Source: a virus
Taxonomy: Duplodnaviria > Caudoviricetes
DNA length: 64,000 nucleotides
IMG/VR virus record: IMGVR_UViG_3300021399_000099
Location: 128,001 to 192,000 of that record
Reading direction: 5' to 3' (one strand)
The position numbers and the translations under genes are program-made. How positions within the stretch are numbered: the stretch's first letter is position 1; every line of letters starts with the position of its first letter. Under the pieces are notes generated by a model that did no database searches, was not told the DNA's origin, and was given only the letters and a program-made list of their open reading frames with translations. This document shows, one piece after another, positions 61,206 to 64,000 of the stretch.

Positions 61206-61944
61206 ATACCTTTCTAAGACCCTCACGGATATTCGTGGGGGTTTTGTTTATGTTCTCGTGAGTTTCATCTACAACCTGCCTTTCTTTGTCGGCTTGTCTA
61301 ACTTCTTGTGTCTTAATGACTTTCAGGGGCTTATATTTTTTAACTTCATCAACAAATTCCGCAACGCTATTTTCTTCCGGATTGACCACATTATAGAGCC
61401 CGTCCGGTAGCGTAATCGCCCTTTCAACGCACTCGCACACGTCGCCAACATATGTAAAGTGCCTGTAATTCAATCCGTTATTATATAGCGTTATCTCATC
61501 ATTTTTCAAACAAATCCCCAGCAAAGTATCTTTCCGGCTGTTCTTCCCATATACATTATGAAACCTCAGCCCGACCCCATAATCTTTCGCATACATGTCA
61601 TCAAACATCTTGGAAAATCCGTAAGGTGACGTGACATTGACCGAACAACTGCTGCTTGCATAAAGGAATTTCTTCCCAAGTTTCCGGCATAAGTCAAATA
61701 TATGCATGAAAGCCAATATGTTATCTTCAATTATGGACTTGTAATCCTCGTTCCACACGCTTGTTTGAGCCGCCAGATGGATTACGCAATCAACGGCGGC
61801 GATATCACCTTCCGTCAATGCTGATACCTCTTTTCCTTCAACCCTATCGACGCCAATAATGTCATATCCCTTGCCGGTAAGATAGCTGACAAGGTGCGAC
61901 CCGATAAAGCCCTTGTGCCCTGTAATTAAAACTCTTTTCATCAC
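61198..61944 (-). CDS. NAD-dependent epimerase/dehydratase
   Basis: ITGHKGFIG, HLAA, YASS, YGFSK, LRFHNVYG. Confidence 0.88.
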   Translation of the reverse strand: MMKRVLITGHKGFIGSHLVSYLTGKGYDIIGVDRVEGKEVSALTEGDIAAVDCVIHLAAQTSVWNEDYKSIIEDNILAFMHIFDLCRKLGKKFLYASSSCSVNVTSPYGFSKMFDDMYAKDYGVGLRFHNVYGKNSRKDTLLGICLKNDEITLYNNGLNYRHFTYVGDVCECVERAITLPDGLYNVVNPEENSVAEFVDEVKKYKPLKVIKTQEVRQADKERQVVDETHENINKTPTNIREGLRKVFI

Positions 61945-61980
61945 ATTTATAAATATTTATTGGTATAAGATAAACAGCAT

Positions 61981-62775
61981 ATGAAAGTGGCGATAATAGC
62001 GATTGCAAAGAACGAAAATCTATACATAAACGAGTGGCTTGAGTATCATTTCAACCTGGGCTTCGACAATATCATAATCTGCGAGAACGATGACGAACTG
62101 ATATTGAAAGACATTATACACGACGACAGGGTAATCATTGAAGATTTCACAAAGATATATGGAGTGCAACAAATGGCTTACCAGGAAACATTCAGGAAAT
62201 ATAAGGACAAGTTCGACTGGTTCCTTTTCATTGATATAGATGAGTTCCTGGTGCTTGAAAACCATGACAACGTAAAGGATTTCATTAAAAGTTACGGGGA
62301 GGAACCGAACTGTATAAAACTGACCTGGAGGCATTTTAATGACAACGGGGAACTTGACGTGATTGATGGAAACTACAACGTTTTTAACCGCTTTAAGACT
62401 GTGGTTGATACAAAGATGGACAGAATGACAAAACAATTCATAAAAGGTAATATCTCGGAGGACGACATAAAATTTCTTCACCAGCATGAAATATTGGGGA
62501 AGGACATCCGAGCGATAGACGTGCTTGGGAATAAGGTATATTATGGGCGTGAATTAAGGGGTGGTCCAATAAACAAAGTCGCCTGGATAAACCATTACCG
62601 GACAAAGACAATCGGGGAATATGTAAGACAGAAGTATTTTAGAGGGGGACCAAATAGAAACAACGTAAGGTACCACAGATTAAGTTATTTCTTTGAGACA
62701 AATGAAAAGACACCAGAAAAAGTTGAATACGCTGAAAAACTTATAAAAGAAATCGAAGAAAGTATGAAACAATAG
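61981..62775 (+). CDS. glycosyltransferase (GT2/GT92-like)
   Basis: AKNENLYINEWLEYH..LGFD, IDIDEF, NHY. Confidence 0.82.
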   Translation: MKVAIIAIAKNENLYINEWLEYHFNLGFDNIIICENDDELILKDIIHDDRVIIEDFTKIYGVQQMAYQETFRKYKDKFDWFLFIDIDEFLVLENHDNVKDFIKSYGEEPNCIKLTWRHFNDNGELDVIDGNYNVFNRFKTVVDTKMDRMTKQFIKGNISEDDIKFLHQHEILGKDIRAIDVLGNKVYYGRELRGGPINKVAWINHYRTKTIGEYVRQKYFRGGPNRNNVRYHRLSYFFETNEKTPEKVEYAEKLIKEIEESMKQ

Positions 62776-62829
62776 GATAAGTTTTACTATTTATGTTAGA
62801 TAATAAAATAATAAAAACAGATAAACAAC

Positions 62830-63942
62830 ATGGCAAATCTAACTTATTTTAAGAAATTCGAAACAAAGAACGAATATGACACTTACATTGGTGGAACTCC
62901 CGTATTACCTAACGTAAGCATTGTAGCAAATGAAGACGTATATTTTAAAGATGGTGAGGGACCGGAACCATCGCATGATTATTCACAAGATTATTTGACT
63001 TTCGAGGTTATAAGCGGAGGAACAATTCAAACGCAACTGGATGGCATTTTACTTTCAAAAGACAATGGAGAAAATTGGGATACCAAGATTACGGGTTTAA
63101 CAAGTGGTGACAAGGTAATTGCAAAGGGAGACGTTCATTCTTTTGGTGAAAATAGTGAGGCTTCGTTTAATTTTGGGGACACAATAGTTAACGTTTGTGG
63201 AAATATTATGTCAATATATGACTCACAAAATTTTAGAACAATAACGACATTCAGTTATGGTGGTAATTTTAAACTTTTATTTACAAATGGAACCCAAATA
63301 ATATCAGCAAAAAATCTTGTGTTACCCGCTACTACATTGGCACAGAATTGTTATAGTGGTATGTTCAGCCGTTGCACATCCTTAGCACAAGCACCTGAAT
63401 TACCTGCAATGACATTAGCACAGTATTGTTATCAAAGTATGTTCGCTGAATGTACCTCATTAACAACCGCGCCTGAATTACCTGCTACTACATTGGAAGG
63501 TTATTGTTATCAAAATATGTTCGTAGGTTGTACAGGATTGACAACAGCACCTGAATTGCCTGCTACTACATTGGCAAAAGATTGTTATGAAAATATGTTC
63601 GCTGGCTGTACGTCATTAACAACAGCACCAGGACTACCTGCTAGTACATTGGCAGAAGATTGTTATCAATATATGTTCGAAAATTGTACATCCTTAACAT
63701 CAGCACCTGAATTACCTGCAACTACTTTGGCAAGGTATTGTTATTATGGCATGTTCGGTGGTTGTAGCAATCTTAATTATATTAAATGTCTTGCAACAGA
63801 TATATCAGCAATGGGTTGTACATTAGGTTGGGTAAGGGATGTTGCTTCTTCTGGTACCTTCGTTAAGCCAAGCACAACCGACTGGAGTTCAAAAACCGGC
63901 ACCAATGGTATTCCAAGTAACTGGTCAGTACAAGACGCTTAA
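62830..63942 (+). CDS. BspA-like LRR protein
   Basis: same N-terminal module and repeats as the paralogues. Confidence 0.88.
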   Translation: MANLTYFKKFETKNEYDTYIGGTPVLPNVSIVANEDVYFKDGEGPEPSHDYSQDYLTFEVISGGTIQTQLDGILLSKDNGENWDTKITGLTSGDKVIAKGDVHSFGENSEASFNFGDTIVNVCGNIMSIYDSQNFRTITTFSYGGNFKLLFTNGTQIISAKNLVLPATTLAQNCYSGMFSRCTSLAQAPELPAMTLAQYCYQSMFAECTSLTTAPELPATTLEGYCYQNMFVGCTGLTTAPELPATTLAKDCYENMFAGCTSLTTAPGLPASTLAEDCYQYMFENCTSLTSAPELPATTLARYCYYGMFGGCSNLNYIKCLATDISAMGCTLGWVRDVASSGTFVKPSTTDWSSKTGTNGIPSNWSVQDA

Positions 63943-64000
63943 TTTAAAAAACGGGGAGATTTTTCTTCCCGTTTTACTATTTATATTTGATATTACGATA

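Noticed and set aside
13590-63780. 72-nt repeats as a CRISPR array or a complete DGR
   Set aside because: The repeats are in-frame LRR coding units without spacers. No reverse transcriptase or non-coding template repeat is visible in the window.
1-64000. Genome-wide TAG recoding (code 15)
   Set aside because: Long conserved ORFs contain no in-frame TAG, and several genes end cleanly in TAG before the next promoter or gene.

Overview
A 64-kb segment of a large (jumbo-type) tailed phage that probably infects Bacteroidales. The host call rests on fimbrillin/DUF3575 genes, AT-rich intergenic regions and Bacteroides-phage-type hypothetical proteins. The standard genetic code applies here. 0-34 kb: mostly minus-strand genes driven by about 18 copies of a sigma54-type -24/-12 promoter. 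These include a Tad2/DUF2829-like gene, an NAD cluster (nadE, NAMPT/PncB-like PRTase, Prs-like, pncA), thyX, an Rnl2-type RNA ligase, a MazG-like gene, mgsA, clpP, an Mre11/SbcD-like nuclease, a primase, fimbrillin plus DUF3575, and DUF932. 34.4-55.1 kb: a very large minus-strand RNA array with about 50 tRNAs, a tmRNA, a group I intron and two homing endonucleases. It also holds many aberrant tRNA-like RNAs: tRNA-in-tRNA introns, D-armless Tyr tRNAs, permuted tRNAs, and a repeated GGAAAC-N3-CAGCA module attached to tRNAs or to lone anticodon stem-loops. Two leaders have an amber codon at codon 4 whose read-through would open a hairpin, and one lies upstream of a Pth2-like gene and a CUA suppressor tRNA. 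56-64 kb: plus-strand BspA-like LRR paralogues, glycosyltransferases and an epimerase. All calls come from reading the sequence by eye; no searches were run.
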